Source: Gynuella sp.
GTDB taxonomy: Bacteria > Pseudomonadota > Gammaproteobacteria > Pseudomonadales > Natronospirillaceae
Direction: 5' to 3'
Assembly: GCA_028282465.1 (NCBI GenBank)
Contig: JANQHX010000007.1
Location: 1 to 64,000, forward strand
DNA: 64,000 bases
Shown here: positions 38,261 through 48,020 of the stretch, in pieces
How positions within the stretch are numbered: the stretch's first letter is position 1
How the letters are laid out: every line of letters begins with the position of its first letter
Program-made: the position numbers and the translations under genes
Notes under the pieces: generated by a model
Databases searched by the model: none
Seen by the model: the letters and a program-made list of their open reading frames with translations, nothing else
What the model was told of the DNA's origin: nothing

Positions 38261-38296
38261 AATGGGCTGATAGATTTTGCTATCAACCCATTTTAC
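38261..38296. terminator. Bidirectional stem-loop terminator between convergent genes (beta-helix B on the plus strand, GST on the minus strand)
   Basis: AATGGGCTGATAG-ATTTTG-CTATCAACCCATT is a 13-bp stem with one mismatch. It is flanked by A-runs on the 5' side and a T-run on the 3' side. Confidence 0.65.
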
Positions 38297-38297
38297 T

Positions 38298-38984
38298 TTA
38301 CAGTGCACAGACCTTAACGCCTCTTTGCACTGCAGGCCGCTCACTAATAGCTTGGTGCCAACGAATCACGTTTTTATACTCGTAGTAATTGACTGCTTCA
38401 AAAGCCTCGTAGAAATTAAATGCGCCTACCCAAGGGAAGGTAGCAATATCTGCAATACTGTAATCATCTCCGGCGAGATACTCGGTTTCGCCTAATTTTT
38501 TATCTAACACCTTAAGTAAGCGAATGGTTTCTTTGGTATATCGTTCTTCACCATAACTATCGGTTTTTCCCTTCGCAAATTTATAGAAATGACCAAATTG
38601 ACCAAACATGGGGCCGATACTCGCCATTTGAAAAAATAGCCATTGAATAGTTTGCCACCTTTGAGTGGGGTCAGTACTCAGCAATTTACCGGTCTTTTCA
38701 GCTAGATAAATCATCATGGCGCCCGACTCCATGAAATGGATAGGCTTACCATCAGGCCCATTGGGATCTATTAATGCAGGTATTTTTGAGTTTGGATTGA
38801 TCTTTTTAAAGTCTTCATCAAATTGTTCATCTTTCATGATGTTAATTAAATGAGCTTCGTAAGGAAGTTCTGATTCTTCCAACATAATGCCTAATTTCAT
38901 GCCATTAGGTGTGGCTAAAGAATAAAGCTGGATACGTTCTGGGTGTTGAGCAGGCCATCTTTCTGGGAACCAAAGATCCGACAT
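38298..38984 (-). CDS. Glutathione S-transferase family protein (Nu-class, YghU/YfcG-like)
   Basis: The 228-aa product has a GST N-terminal thioredoxin-like part ('IQLYSLATPNGMKLGIMLEE...IPALIDPN') and a C-terminal helical domain ('YLAGDDYSIADIATFPW'). Confidence 0.85.
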   Translation of the reverse strand: MSDLWFPERWPAQHPERIQLYSLATPNGMKLGIMLEESELPYEAHLINIMKDEQFDEDFKKINPNSKIPALIDPNGPDGKPIHFMESGAMMIYLAEKTGKLLSTDPTQRWQTIQWLFFQMASIGPMFGQFGHFYKFAKGKTDSYGEERYTKETIRLLKVLDKKLGETEYLAGDDYSIADIATFPWVGAFNFYEAFEAVNYYEYKNVIRWHQAISERPAVQRGVKVCAL

Positions 38985-39077
38985 GAGTTTATCCTCTGAA
39001 TGCTTGAAGGCTATTTGTTACGACGGGTTTTGAATCATAGACCCAAATGCTGCGAATTAATTCCTTTCAAGTAGGCA

Positions 39078-39105
39078 CAAAAAAAGGCCTCATTGAGGCC
39101 TTTTA
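39078..39105 (-). terminator. Rho-independent terminator downstream of pfkA (minus strand)
   Basis: On the minus strand, the AGGCCTCAATGAGGCCT hairpin is followed by TTTTTTTG. Confidence 0.75.
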
Positions 39106-39122
39106 GGAAGTTTGATTTCTGC

Positions 39123-40085
39123 TTAGCTAAGCTTTTTAAACAAATCGAACAATTCTTGGTCAAACGGGCGGGTCATGTTTTCGATGGCGTCAATAATGTC
39201 GTGATGCACCATTTCGTTTTTCTGAATGCCTACACAACGGCCACCTTCACCAGCCATCAACAGTTCAACAGCGTAGGCGCCCATGCGGCTCGCTAAAATA
39301 CGGTCATAAGCATTTGGCTTACCACCGCGCTGGACATGGCCTAGTATGGTTGCTCGAGTTTCAAGTTTGGTTTCGTCTTCAATACGCTTGGCTAGGGCAT
39401 TGACATCACAAATATGCTCAGTCACTGCCACAATTGCGTGCTTCTTACCCTGGGCTACATCTTTTTTCAACGAGCTGATCAGTTCGTCTTCAACGAAATC
39501 AACTTCTGGTAAAATCACATATTCGGCTCCACCGCCCATACCTGCTCTCAATGTCAGGTCACCACAGTATCGGCCCATGACTTCCACAACTGATATTCGA
39601 TTGTGAGAAGAACAGGTGTCTCTCAGACGGTCAATAGCGTCTAGAACCGTGTTCATAGCGGTTACGAAACCAATGGTGTAATCGGTACCAGCCACATCGT
39701 TATCAATGGTTCCTGGAATGCCAATACAGGGATACCCCATTTCAGTGAGGCGTTTTGCACCCATGTAGGAGCCGTCGCCACCAATCACTACTAGGGCATC
39801 AATCCCATGCTCATTCAAATTCTTAATGGCTTCTAAGCGGACAGACTCCTCTTTAAATTCTGGGAAGCGAGCCGACCCTAGAAAAGTACCGCCGCGGTTG
39901 ATCTGATCAGATACTGAGCGACGATCCATTTTAACAATTCTGTTCTGATGCAGACCTTGGTAGCCATCTTCAACACCAAATACTTCTAAGCCTTGACTCA
40001 GTGCTGTGCGAACAACAGAACGAACACACGCATTCATGCCCGGCGCATCACCACCACTAGTTAGCACACCAATTTTTTTAACCAT
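39123..40085 (-). CDS. pfkA: ATP-dependent 6-phosphofructokinase
   Basis: The 320-aa product starts '[28 protein letters not shown]' and has the 'GGDGS' and 'PGTIDND' motifs. Confidence 0.95.
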   Translation of the reverse strand: MVKKIGVLTSGGDAPGMNACVRSVVRTALSQGLEVFGVEDGYQGLHQNRIVKMDRRSVSDQINRGGTFLGSARFPEFKEESVRLEAIKNLNEHGIDALVVIGGDGSYMGAKRLTEMGYPCIGIPGTIDNDVAGTDYTIGFVTAMNTVLDAIDRLRDTCSSHNRISVVEVMGRYCGDLTLRAGMGGGAEYVILPEVDFVEDELISSLKKDVAQGKKHAIVAVTEHICDVNALAKRIEDETKLETRATILGHVQRGGKPNAYDRILASRMGAYAVELLMAGEGGRCVGIQKNEMVHHDIIDAIENMTRPFDQELFDLFKKLS

Positions 40086-40342
40086 ATCAACCCCAATAAG
40101 CTTATTCTTTGGTCCAGAAGATGGACACTAATGTCATTAAATTACGGAATGATTATACGAAGGCAGCAGATTCTTGTGTTGAACACCCTCTATTTGAAGG
40201 CTTGTTTAGCTTCTGATCCGCTCAAGACGGCCATTATTGTGATAAATCGTGAATATGCAATCCTAATATGTAATAAAGTTACAATATTCAGACTGTTTTC
40301 CGTACAATCTCACCCTTTCAACTACCTGAGTCAATAATATTT

Positions 40343-40624
40343 ATGGCAAGTATCGCCTGCGCCCATCACATCATAGTTAAGAACAAAGTATTGGCCCAAG
40401 AGTTGAAGGAACGACTGGATAAGGGCGAGCCTTTTGATGTTCTGGCTAAAAAGTATTCACAATGCCCATCCGCCAAAAAGGGAGGGGACTTGGGTGAGTT
40501 CCGCAAGGGAGACATGGTGAGAGCATTTGATAATGTGGTGTTTAAGAAAGAACTGCTTGTGGTTCACGGCCCCATTAAAACTCAGTTTGGCTATCATTTG
40601 ATTAAAACAATTTATAGACACTAA
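40343..40624 (+). CDS. ppiC: Parvulin-type peptidyl-prolyl cis-trans isomerase PpiC
   Basis: The 93-aa product reads 'ASIACAHHIIVKNK...CPSAKKGGDLGEFRKGDMV..FD..VF', colinear with E. coli PpiC. Confidence 0.9.
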   Translation: MASIACAHHIIVKNKVLAQELKERLDKGEPFDVLAKKYSQCPSAKKGGDLGEFRKGDMVRAFDNVVFKKELLVVHGPIKTQFGYHLIKTIYRH

Positions 40625-40866
40625 TGACTCACGTAATCCATCTACCTGATCGAGATTGTTTTAAGGTTGAGACCGAACACGGCGACGCCTTTTTGCAGTA
40701 CCTGCTCGAACACAATCAAATTAATTTTTACCGCACATTTGTCCCCGAGAACGCGAGGGGCCAAGGAATTGCAGAGGCCTTGGTAAAAGCGGGTTTGGAA
40801 TGGGCCAAGGACAACGATTTTGAAATTGAGGCAAGTTGTTGGTACGTCGCCAAGTTCTTGAAATAA
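40624..40866 (+). CDS. Small GNAT-like (Acetyltransf_CG-type) protein
   Basis: The 80-aa product has the 'ENARGQGIAEALVKAGLEWAKDN' Q/RxxGxG/A acetyl-CoA-binding-like motif. Its start overlaps the ppiC stop. Confidence 0.55.
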   Translation: MTHVIHLPDRDCFKVETEHGDAFLQYLLEHNQINFYRTFVPENARGQGIAEALVKAGLEWAKDNDFEIEASCWYVAKFLK

Positions 40867-40919
40867 TCTAGCTAAGTTCTTGAAATAGCCTAATTATGGC
40901 AAAATAACTCCAAAGCTCA

Positions 40920-41579
40920 TTGTTGGAGTTATTTATGGACATGTTGTCGCAAAATGAAGCACGAGTACTGGGCGTGCTGATGGAAAAAGAAGTTACAACC
41001 CCTGATCAATATCCCCTTTCACTTAATTCACTAACCTCTGGCTGTAATCAAAAAAGCAGTAGAGAACCGGTTATACAATTAACAGAAGCTGAGGTATTGG
41101 ACTCGGTTAGCAGCCTCATTGAGAAACATATTGTTTTGGAAGATTCAGGGTTTGGTAGCCGTGTCATTAAATATAAACATCGCTTCTGTAATACTGAGTT
41201 TGGAAAATTAACATTAACGGGTCAAGAGTTTGCGATAATCTGCTTATTGTTACTTCGAGGCCCACAAACCCCTGGGGAACTTCGAAGTAGAAGTGGACGC
41301 ATGTGTCAATTCAAGGATGTGGCCGAAACGGAGTCGGTATTAAACCATTTAATGTCTAGAGAAGACGGCCCCTTCGTTAGAAAACTCCCTAGAGAACCCG
41401 GAAAACGAGAAAGTCGTTTTCAACAACTCATAGCAGAAGAAACATTATCTGTAGATGCTCAGCCCAGTGAAACAACGGAAGATAATCAACAAGGCAACCT
41501 TGAACAACGGGTAAAAACACTCGAGTTACAAGTAGCAACCTTGATCAGCACCATAGAAGATTTAAAAAATGACCGATAA
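40920..41579 (+). CDS. yceH: YceH-family protein (DUF480/UPF0502)
   Basis: '[39 protein letters not shown]...[20 protein letters not shown]...[17 protein letters not shown]...[19 protein letters not shown]' is colinear with E. coli YceH. Confidence 0.85.
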   Translation: MLELFMDMLSQNEARVLGVLMEKEVTTPDQYPLSLNSLTSGCNQKSSREPVIQLTEAEVLDSVSSLIEKHIVLEDSGFGSRVIKYKHRFCNTEFGKLTLTGQEFAIICLLLLRGPQTPGELRSRSGRMCQFKDVAETESVLNHLMSREDGPFVRKLPREPGKRESRFQQLIAEETLSVDAQPSETTEDNQQGNLEQRVKTLELQVATLISTIEDLKNDR

Positions 41580-41862
41580 AAATACTGAAATAGAGGCGGC
41601 AGTTTTTAGAAAACTGTTGAAGCATCTGGATTCAAGAAAAGATGCTCAAAACATTGAACTTATGAACCTAGCTGGCTTTTGCAGAAACTGCTTATCTAAA
41701 TGGTATGTAGCAGAGGCAAACGAAAGAGGCATAGAAATTGATTACGAACAAGCCAGAGAACTGGTATATAGCGAACCCTATTCGGACTGGAAGGCTAAAT
41801 ATCAAACTGAAGCCACACCAGAGCAATTGAAAAAATTTAACTCAACTAACAAGGAAGATTAA
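41569..41862 (+). CDS. DUF1244-family protein
   Basis: The 97-aa product has the '[10 protein letters not shown]' motif characteristic of DUF1244. It overlaps the yceH stop by 11 nt. Confidence 0.75.
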   Translation: MTDKNTEIEAAVFRKLLKHLDSRKDAQNIELMNLAGFCRNCLSKWYVAEANERGIEIDYEQARELVYSEPYSDWKAKYQTEATPEQLKKFNSTNKED

Positions 41863-42410
41863 TGCTCAAGCACTTATTTATCTTTTCGATCATGCTAGCT
41901 CTGACAGCTTGTCAGACTGCCCAAAATATACCTACTCCAGAAGATGCAACAGAGGCTGGCATAGGTCACTTCGCTATTAAGGTGGGATTTGAAACCAACG
42001 AAAAAGGCGCAACATCAGATTATTATCATGTTTTTAAAATTCTGAGCCTTGAAGATGACTCAGAATACGACTTGACGGTAAAAGCATCTGCCAACAAAGG
42101 TTTTGCGCTATTGGAAAATCTCAACGATGGGAATTACATTTTGAAGGGCTATCAAACTGCTGTTGCTAAAAAGCGGGCTCGATATAAAGGTGAGCTAAAA
42201 TTTCAAGAATTTAATGCACCTTTTTCAGTTAAGGCAGGGACAGCAACTATTTGGGAGTATGAATTTATCGTTGAACACACGGTTAAATCGAAAAGCTCTT
42301 CCACGGGCTGGAAGTTTGAAGAAATTCCCACCGCCGACCATGATGAAATAACCAACGCCCTCTACAAAAAATTCGATCTGCTATCAAACTACTCAGTTCA
42401 ATTTGATTAA
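41862..42410 (+). CDS. Lipoprotein, hypothetical
   Basis: It has the lipobox 'LALTACQ', and its start overlaps the previous stop. Confidence 0.6.
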   Translation: MLKHLFIFSIMLALTACQTAQNIPTPEDATEAGIGHFAIKVGFETNEKGATSDYYHVFKILSLEDDSEYDLTVKASANKGFALLENLNDGNYILKGYQTAVAKKRARYKGELKFQEFNAPFSVKAGTATIWEYEFIVEHTVKSKSSSTGWKFEEIPTADHDEITNALYKKFDLLSNYSVQFD

Positions 42411-42442
42411 TCATTCATAACCTTCAGACTGATGTTAAAACA

Positions 42443-43336
42443 TCAGATTACAGTAAAGGTTCCCCGCCCGGACACTGAATTAAAGTAGATCCGGGCATCA
42501 CCGCTACCAAAGGTTTTTTTCACTCTGGTAGCACCCGAAATAATTTTTTCTGTACTTGAATGCCCGCTAATAATAGATTTCATGGCTACGCTGTGAGACC
42601 GCATTTCAATTTCTACATTTAATGGCTTGCGAGTACTCACCTCAACATCGCCAGTAATAGTATTAAAGGTAAAATCAGAGTTCCTTGATAAGGCCACCGC
42701 TAGAAAAATATCACCTGAGATAGTGTTGTATTCGATAACATCTATTCTAGAATCTCTAAACCTGTAGTTTCCAGAGACTGAATTAACCCTTAAAAGCTCG
42801 CCTTCTAATTGCCCTTCAACATTGCTGCTGATGCTATCAATAATTATCTTCCCTTTATGTTTTTCCAGTTCCAGCTCTGTATTAACAGTATTGAATCTAA
42901 AATCACCCACAGAATTAGAGAGTACGACCCTTCCACCTTCAGTTCGAATAACCCCACCAGACTTCAAATCTTTTACATATATATTCGATTTAACATCTTT
43001 TATATTCAGTGTGACAGATTCAGGCACCCTGACTAGCAGCTCACTGCCTGTTCCATTTTTACTAAGCCGATGTTTATTCAATAAAAACTTCACAACATAT
43101 TGCTGAGCTTCCACACTGTAGAACTTTGATTCTGAATCCAAAACACCAGATATAGAGATTACTGGCTTATCCCAGGATTCAATGGTGATATTCCCTCTAT
43201 AGTTTTCAAGTGAAAGTGTAGCGGATGTAGAGACATTAAACTCATAGCTAATTCTTCTGTCTTCTGGAACCGGAGTTTTACAAATTGCAGGCACAGAAAC
43301 AAACAGAATTAAAAACACAGAAGCAATAACTTTCAT
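42443..43336 (-). CDS. Secreted DUF4097/Toastrack-like beta-repeat protein (putative adhesin fold)
   Basis: It has a signal peptide and repetitive beta-strand segments ('GNI.IES...I.I'). It is the last gene of an ECF sigma / anti-sigma operon, as is typical for DUF4097. Confidence 0.6.
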   Translation of the reverse strand: MKVIASVFLILFVSVPAICKTPVPEDRRISYEFNVSTSATLSLENYRGNITIESWDKPVISISGVLDSESKFYSVEAQQYVVKFLLNKHRLSKNGTGSELLVRVPESVTLNIKDVKSNIYVKDLKSGGVIRTEGGRVVLSNSVGDFRFNTVNTELELEKHKGKIIIDSISSNVEGQLEGELLRVNSVSGNYRFRDSRIDVIEYNTISGDIFLAVALSRNSDFTFNTITGDVEVSTRKPLNVEIEMRSHSVAMKSIISGHSSTEKIISGATRVKKTFGSGDARIYFNSVSGRGTFTVI

Positions 43337-43337
43337 T

Positions 43338-43856
43338 TTATAGTCTCAACTTTTCTGCCGACTCGATTAGCAAGCGCTCTTTTTCGAGCGTCTTATGTAA
43401 TAGTGCGATCAGTTCGTTATTCCCCGGATCTTCACTCAATGCTGTTTCAATTTCTAGAAGCGCGATTTCAATCAATTGAAGATTAACAAGTATGGTTTCT
43501 TTTGCCTCTGTGGAAAGATGTTCTAAACGCTGAGGAAGATCTTCTTTCAACTGAGTGCGAATTGCCTGATAGTTTCCTTGAGTAGTATTGCTTTCTTGAA
43601 CAATTATCACAGGTTTCTGAGTGGAAAATACTAGGGCGAATGCTGCCATCAAGAAGGAGCAGGCAACTGCCAACTGATTCCAATCGGGTTTAAATGAAAA
43701 TCTATTTTTGTGAATCTTTGGTTCAGTAATACCTTTATCAATAGCATCCCAAAGATCTTTCTCTAGCGGAATAGAGTCCGGAAGATCTTCAATAGCTTTT
43801 TTGAGTTTCAAGTCCATTTCTAAATCGAACACATCTTTACTCATTGACTTAACCAC
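43338..43856 (-). CDS. Putative anti-sigma factor (single-pass membrane)
   Basis: The 172-aa product has one central TM helix ('LAVACSFLMAAFALVF'). It overlaps the ECF sigma gene stop by 16 nt and ends 2 nt before the DUF4097 start. Confidence 0.55.
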   Translation of the reverse strand: MVKSMSKDVFDLEMDLKLKKAIEDLPDSIPLEKDLWDAIDKGITEPKIHKNRFSFKPDWNQLAVACSFLMAAFALVFSTQKPVIIVQESNTTQGNYQAIRTQLKEDLPQRLEHLSTEAKETILVNLQLIEIALLEIETALSEDPGNNELIALLHKTLEKERLLIESAEKLRL

Positions 43857-44413
43857 TCTTTTAACATTGATTTGGCTCGGTGCAATTGTGCTTTACTGGT
43901 ACCGATAGCAATACCGACCTTGTCAGAAATTTCTTCATGACTAAACCCCTGTAATTCAAACAGTACGAAAACGGTTCTTGCTCCATCAGGTAGTTTGGAT
44001 ATCCCCATCTCAAGGTCTCGCCGATCATCGTCTAAGCTCGGATCAGCAGGTATGGATAAATCCAACTCTTCACTGTTTTCTTCGTACTCATGGCGTTTTA
44101 GTCTTATGCGGTCTAACACAATGTTAGTGGTGAGCCGATGGAGCCAAGTACTGAATTTACTGTCTCCACGGAATTGTTTGATTTTCTTCCAGGCTTGAAT
44201 AAAGGATTCTTGGGTTAATTCCTCAGACAATTCGCGATTCTTTGTCAGTCGCAAACAAATGGCAAAAACACGCCCTTTTTCAGCTTCATACAAATGTTTA
44301 AACGAAGCCTTATCTCCCTGTTTTACCGCAGAGATGAGTTCAGAGTAGTTTTCACTGGAATCTTGCTCGATGACATCCATTGTTATTTTTGTAGCTGCCA
44401 GTCTGTGCATCAT
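43841..44413 (-). CDS. ECF (sigma-70 family) RNA polymerase sigma factor
   Basis: It has a sigma-70 region 2 ('FKHLYEAEKGRVFAICLRLTKNRELSEELTQESFIQAWKKIKQFRGDSKFSTWLHRLTTN') and a region 4 HTH ('FVLFELQGFSHEEISDKVGIAIGTSKAQLHRAK'). Confidence 0.85.
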   Translation of the reverse strand: MMHRLAATKITMDVIEQDSSENYSELISAVKQGDKASFKHLYEAEKGRVFAICLRLTKNRELSEELTQESFIQAWKKIKQFRGDSKFSTWLHRLTTNIVLDRIRLKRHEYEENSEELDLSIPADPSLDDDRRDLEMGISKLPDGARTVFVLFELQGFSHEEISDKVGIAIGTSKAQLHRAKSMLKEWLSQ

Positions 44414-44611
44414 ACTTCCTTGGACGGGTTTGATCGCCCAATCGTTTATTTGTTGGTGAATTTTCCTCGTAAGGCAATTTTCATTTAGGAACGAAAACTA
44501 CATTGATTTGTGTTGATTCCGCTAAAACATAAGCTAGATAAAGTGTAATCCATAAGTTGTTAGCTTACTGATTTAGACGGGTATTTTTAAGAAATGGTTT
44601 ATGAGTGAGCC

Positions 44612-45055
44612 TTAGATGGCCTTTAGGAAGCATATGATTCGATCGACTTCTTCAAAACCTAACTTTTGATGTGCATTGATGCTTTGAGAATTACCGATTT
44701 CAGCGTCACTGGCTAAATAGTGATAACCGCTTTTTTGTGCCCAACGTTCGGCTTTCAGCATTAGGTCTCTACCTAAGCCTTTGCCTCTGAGGTCTTCATC
44801 CACATACCAACCCTCTATGTATGGAACGTTTTGCTCATCGGCTCCTTCAGCATAACTGCGAATATTGACTTCAATAAACCCGCCCAGGGTTAAGTCATCG
44901 CGCTCAATAACAAAGGTCTTTGTTATGTAGATACTTTTATCTAAAAAATAGTCTTTTGTTTGTTTACGGTGCTCTTTTGCGCTTTCTGGCCAAAGCAAGG
45001 TTCGCATTCGTATCCATTCTTTGCCATCGGATTTTTTTACCGACCTAACTTTCAA
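44612..45055 (-). CDS. GNAT N-acetyltransferase, AAC(6')-I-like
   Basis: The 147-aa product has 'LLWPE' near the N-terminus and 'LRGKGLGRDLM' (R/QxxGxG/A), which resemble aminoglycoside 6'-N-acetyltransferase type I enzymes. The substrate is not demonstrable from sequence. Confidence 0.6.
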   Translation of the reverse strand: MKVRSVKKSDGKEWIRMRTLLWPESAKEHRKQTKDYFLDKSIYITKTFVIERDDLTLGGFIEVNIRSYAEGADEQNVPYIEGWYVDEDLRGKGLGRDLMLKAERWAQKSGYHYLASDAEIGNSQSINAHQKLGFEEVDRIICFLKAI

Positions 45056-45257
45056 ACCTCTACTCCACTAGAACCTGTACTTTTACAATTATTATGCAGG
45101 GTTCTTACAGACAGATGAATTTTAAAGCTAGGAGTTATTAGGTTTTTTTAGACTGACCCTCAAAACCCTATGGCCTTATATTCCAGCCGTTCGGTTTCAT
45201 TAATGTATTACAGTGCTGTTTATAAATGTTCACCCATGTCTTTGCACGATACTGCAA

Positions 45258-45285
45258 TAAAAAAAGCCCAAGGTTGCCTCGGGCT
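45258..45285 (-). terminator. Rho-independent terminator downstream of the DUF4397 gene (minus strand)
   Basis: On the minus strand, GCCCGAGGCAACCTTGGGC (7-bp stem with 1 mismatch) is followed by TTTTTTTATT. Confidence 0.6.
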
Positions 45286-45323
45286 CACATTTCAAAAAAT
45301 CTAGGGTTTACGGAATATAAATC

Positions 45324-46712
45324 CTACATTTCACCTGCTGGGTCAGTATCTACGTTCAACACTAAATCAGACAGATCATTTGTCGCGACAGCGCTATAGA
45401 CACCGCCATTCATTAGTGTGGCGCTGGTAACAATTAGGGTATTTAGTGTCCCAGCTTCAGCTACCGCAAATGTGTAAAATCCCCCAGGCACCTCCAGAAC
45501 CGCGTTAGCATTGAGCCCAATGCCCGCAAGCACGACGGTATCCTGGCTAAAGTTGCCGTCAGCCGATGCGTGAATATCAACAGGTCCTATGCCTTCGGCA
45601 GCAGTACTTGCATGAACCACTCTCAGTTTTGCAAACAACGCGACAGAACGCAGATCTTCGGAAATAACCAGTGGGTCAATCGTTTCATCTGTTACATCGT
45701 TTAAATCACCAACTGCATAAATAGAGGTTGTCGACCCAGCAGCGAATGACACTCCAGGGGCATCAATAACGACTGGCTCGGTAGTACCACTAGGCACAAC
45801 AGATAGGTCGTACTCGCCCGCAGGTAAATCAGCTGATGCAAAGTCTTTAAATGCCACGCCGACGAAACCGGTAGGCATTCCACCAGCCAACACATCAACC
45901 GCTGGAGCGTCTTGTACCGCATGAACGACTCTCACCGTTGCCTGTTCACCAGTGTTCCTAATGACACCAACACCATCGGCTGAACCTAACAGTAGATTAA
46001 CTGGTGAAACTGCTCCACCGCTTACGTTAGGTACTGCGGTAATCATGAAATCGCTACCCCCGGCTAAATCTAAGTCACCGCTATCAAACACAACCGCAGA
46101 ATCACCTGCTAATGTAATTCGAATACGATAAGTACCGGAAGGGATAGTGACCGGCAGAACATCGCTGTCCGCCTTGAACTCTAAACCTGAAATCGCAGGA
46201 TCTACATCGTCAATGGTTTCTGACGTACTTAGATAAATGTCTACTCCAGGAACATCTGGGTGAGCGTGCAGAACATCTAAGCGAATGGAATCAGAAGCAA
46301 CCGCTTCGGCTGAACGACCCAGTACCACAGGTTCAATAGACGCTGCGTAGTTCACTGCAATCACATCGTACTGCATATCAGATTCAAGTGGTAAGTTTGC
46401 CGAAATAACAGTCGCTGAACTATCCCCAGGAAGTAATGCATCAACTGCGACCGCATAAGTACCTGGATCAACAGCGAGTAAACCGCTGCCTTGTTGGTAG
46501 TCAACCATGCCCAAACCTGAAACTACTGTCCCATCCAAACTTATCGACACCAATGGCGCGTCTGAAGAAGCGTGGGTAACTCTCAAGTAAGAGGAGCTTG
46601 GCTCTTCAGGCGCTTGACCGTCTGAGTTATTGTCATCGTCATCATCTGAATTTAAGCAGCCCCCTAAAGCTAGGGCTGACACGGCGATAAGTGAATAGGT
46701 GATTGTCTTCAT
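45324..46712 (-). CDS. DUF4397-repeat lipoprotein
   Basis: It has the lipobox 'LGGCLNSDDDDDNN' and then repeated 'LRV.HA..DAP.VDI...G.....L.Y' modules, 3 to 4 copies, characteristic of DUF4397. Confidence 0.75.
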   Translation of the reverse strand: MKTITYSLIAVSALALGGCLNSDDDDDNNSDGQAPEEPSSSYLRVTHASSDAPLVSISLDGTVVSGLGMVDYQQGSGLLAVDPGTYAVAVDALLPGDSSATVISANLPLESDMQYDVIAVNYAASIEPVVLGRSAEAVASDSIRLDVLHAHPDVPGVDIYLSTSETIDDVDPAISGLEFKADSDVLPVTIPSGTYRIRITLAGDSAVVFDSGDLDLAGGSDFMITAVPNVSGGAVSPVNLLLGSADGVGVIRNTGEQATVRVVHAVQDAPAVDVLAGGMPTGFVGVAFKDFASADLPAGEYDLSVVPSGTTEPVVIDAPGVSFAAGSTTSIYAVGDLNDVTDETIDPLVISEDLRSVALFAKLRVVHASTAAEGIGPVDIHASADGNFSQDTVVLAGIGLNANAVLEVPGGFYTFAVAEAGTLNTLIVTSATLMNGGVYSAVATNDLSDLVLNVDTDPAGEM

Positions 46713-46985
46713 TTTTTATATTCCTTTGTGGCTGTCGATAGGTAGACCGGTTTACGTCCCCTGGTGATGTGCCGATTAGGAAATATTTTTTTTTGGAAGA
46801 TATTTATCAGTTTAAAAAACTGGTGGATCTAACAATTTTTAAAAAGCGTACGAATAAAAATTAATTAAGATCAATGAAACCCGAAAAGAACTATTAACTC
46901 AGTACCAGCTGCGTTCTGTCAAAAGATACCCCCTTCCCCAAGCCTACTATGCGCAACAATTTAACGAGCAGGGACGACAAGACTG

Positions 46986-48020
46986 ATGCAAGCAAATATC
47001 AAGTTAACTGACTACAGTCATGGCGCTGGTTGCGGTTGTAAAATCTCGCCTCAAGTACTTAATGAAATTTTAAAGCATTCATCCCCTGAATCGAGAGATA
47101 TTAATTTATTGGTTGGAAATGGTTCACGAGATGATGCTGCCGTTTACGACTTGGGTAATGGACAGGGCGTCATTAGCACCACAGATTTTTTTATGCCGAT
47201 CGTAGACGACCCATTCGAGTTTGGGCAAATAGCTGCCGCCAATGCCATCAGTGATATCTATGCGATGGGCGGCAAACCAATCATGGCCATTGCCATTCTA
47301 GGATGGCCCATCAATCGACTCAGCCCAAGAATTGCTAATCAAGTATTGGAAGGCGGAAGAAGCATGTGCGCCCAAGCTGGAATACAGTTGGCTGGTGGCC
47401 ACAGCATAGATGCCCCAGAACCAATATTTGGATTAGCTGTAACTGGCACTGTTAGTTTGAAACGATTAAAGCGAAACAATAAAGCCAGAACAGACAGTAA
47501 ACTGTTTCTGACTAAACCTTTAGGAATTGGAATTCTTTCTACCGCTCAAAAACAAAACTGCCTACTCGACGAACATCAACACATCGGAAAAAAATGGATG
47601 TGTAAGCTAAACGACTTTGGTTACCAAGCCGCAAAACTGAAATCAGTTTCATCTATTACCGATGTCACAGGTTTTGGACTCCTAGGCCATCTCACAGAAA
47701 TGTGTTTAGGCAGCGGGGTCAGCGCCAATGTCTTTTTCGATAATGTTCCAGTCATTGAAGAGGCTTGGCATTATTTAGATAAAAACTGTATTCCAGGTGG
47801 TACTGGTAGAAATTTTGAAAGCAACTTCGAATACTTCAGTGAAATGAATGAAGCCCAACGCTTGATACTCTGTGACCCACAAACCAGCGGTGGTTTGCTG
47901 ATTGCGGTTGATCGCGAAGATTCCAGCCAACTAGAAGCTATGGCCAAAGAAACCGATTGCTTTATTCAAGAAATTGGCGAACTTAAGAAACAAACGCAAC
48001 CACTAATTTCAATAATCTGA
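46986..48020 (+). CDS. selD: Selenide, water dikinase (selenophosphate synthetase), Cys-type
   Basis: '[21 protein letters not shown]...[60 protein letters not shown]' is colinear with E. coli SelD. The active site is 'GAGCGCK', with Cys rather than Sec. Confidence 0.95.
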   Translation: MQANIKLTDYSHGAGCGCKISPQVLNEILKHSSPESRDINLLVGNGSRDDAAVYDLGNGQGVISTTDFFMPIVDDPFEFGQIAAANAISDIYAMGGKPIMAIAILGWPINRLSPRIANQVLEGGRSMCAQAGIQLAGGHSIDAPEPIFGLAVTGTVSLKRLKRNNKARTDSKLFLTKPLGIGILSTAQKQNCLLDEHQHIGKKWMCKLNDFGYQAAKLKSVSSITDVTGFGLLGHLTEMCLGSGVSANVFFDNVPVIEEAWHYLDKNCIPGGTGRNFESNFEYFSEMNEAQRLILCDPQTSGGLLIAVDREDSSQLEAMAKETDCFIQEIGELKKQTQPLISII

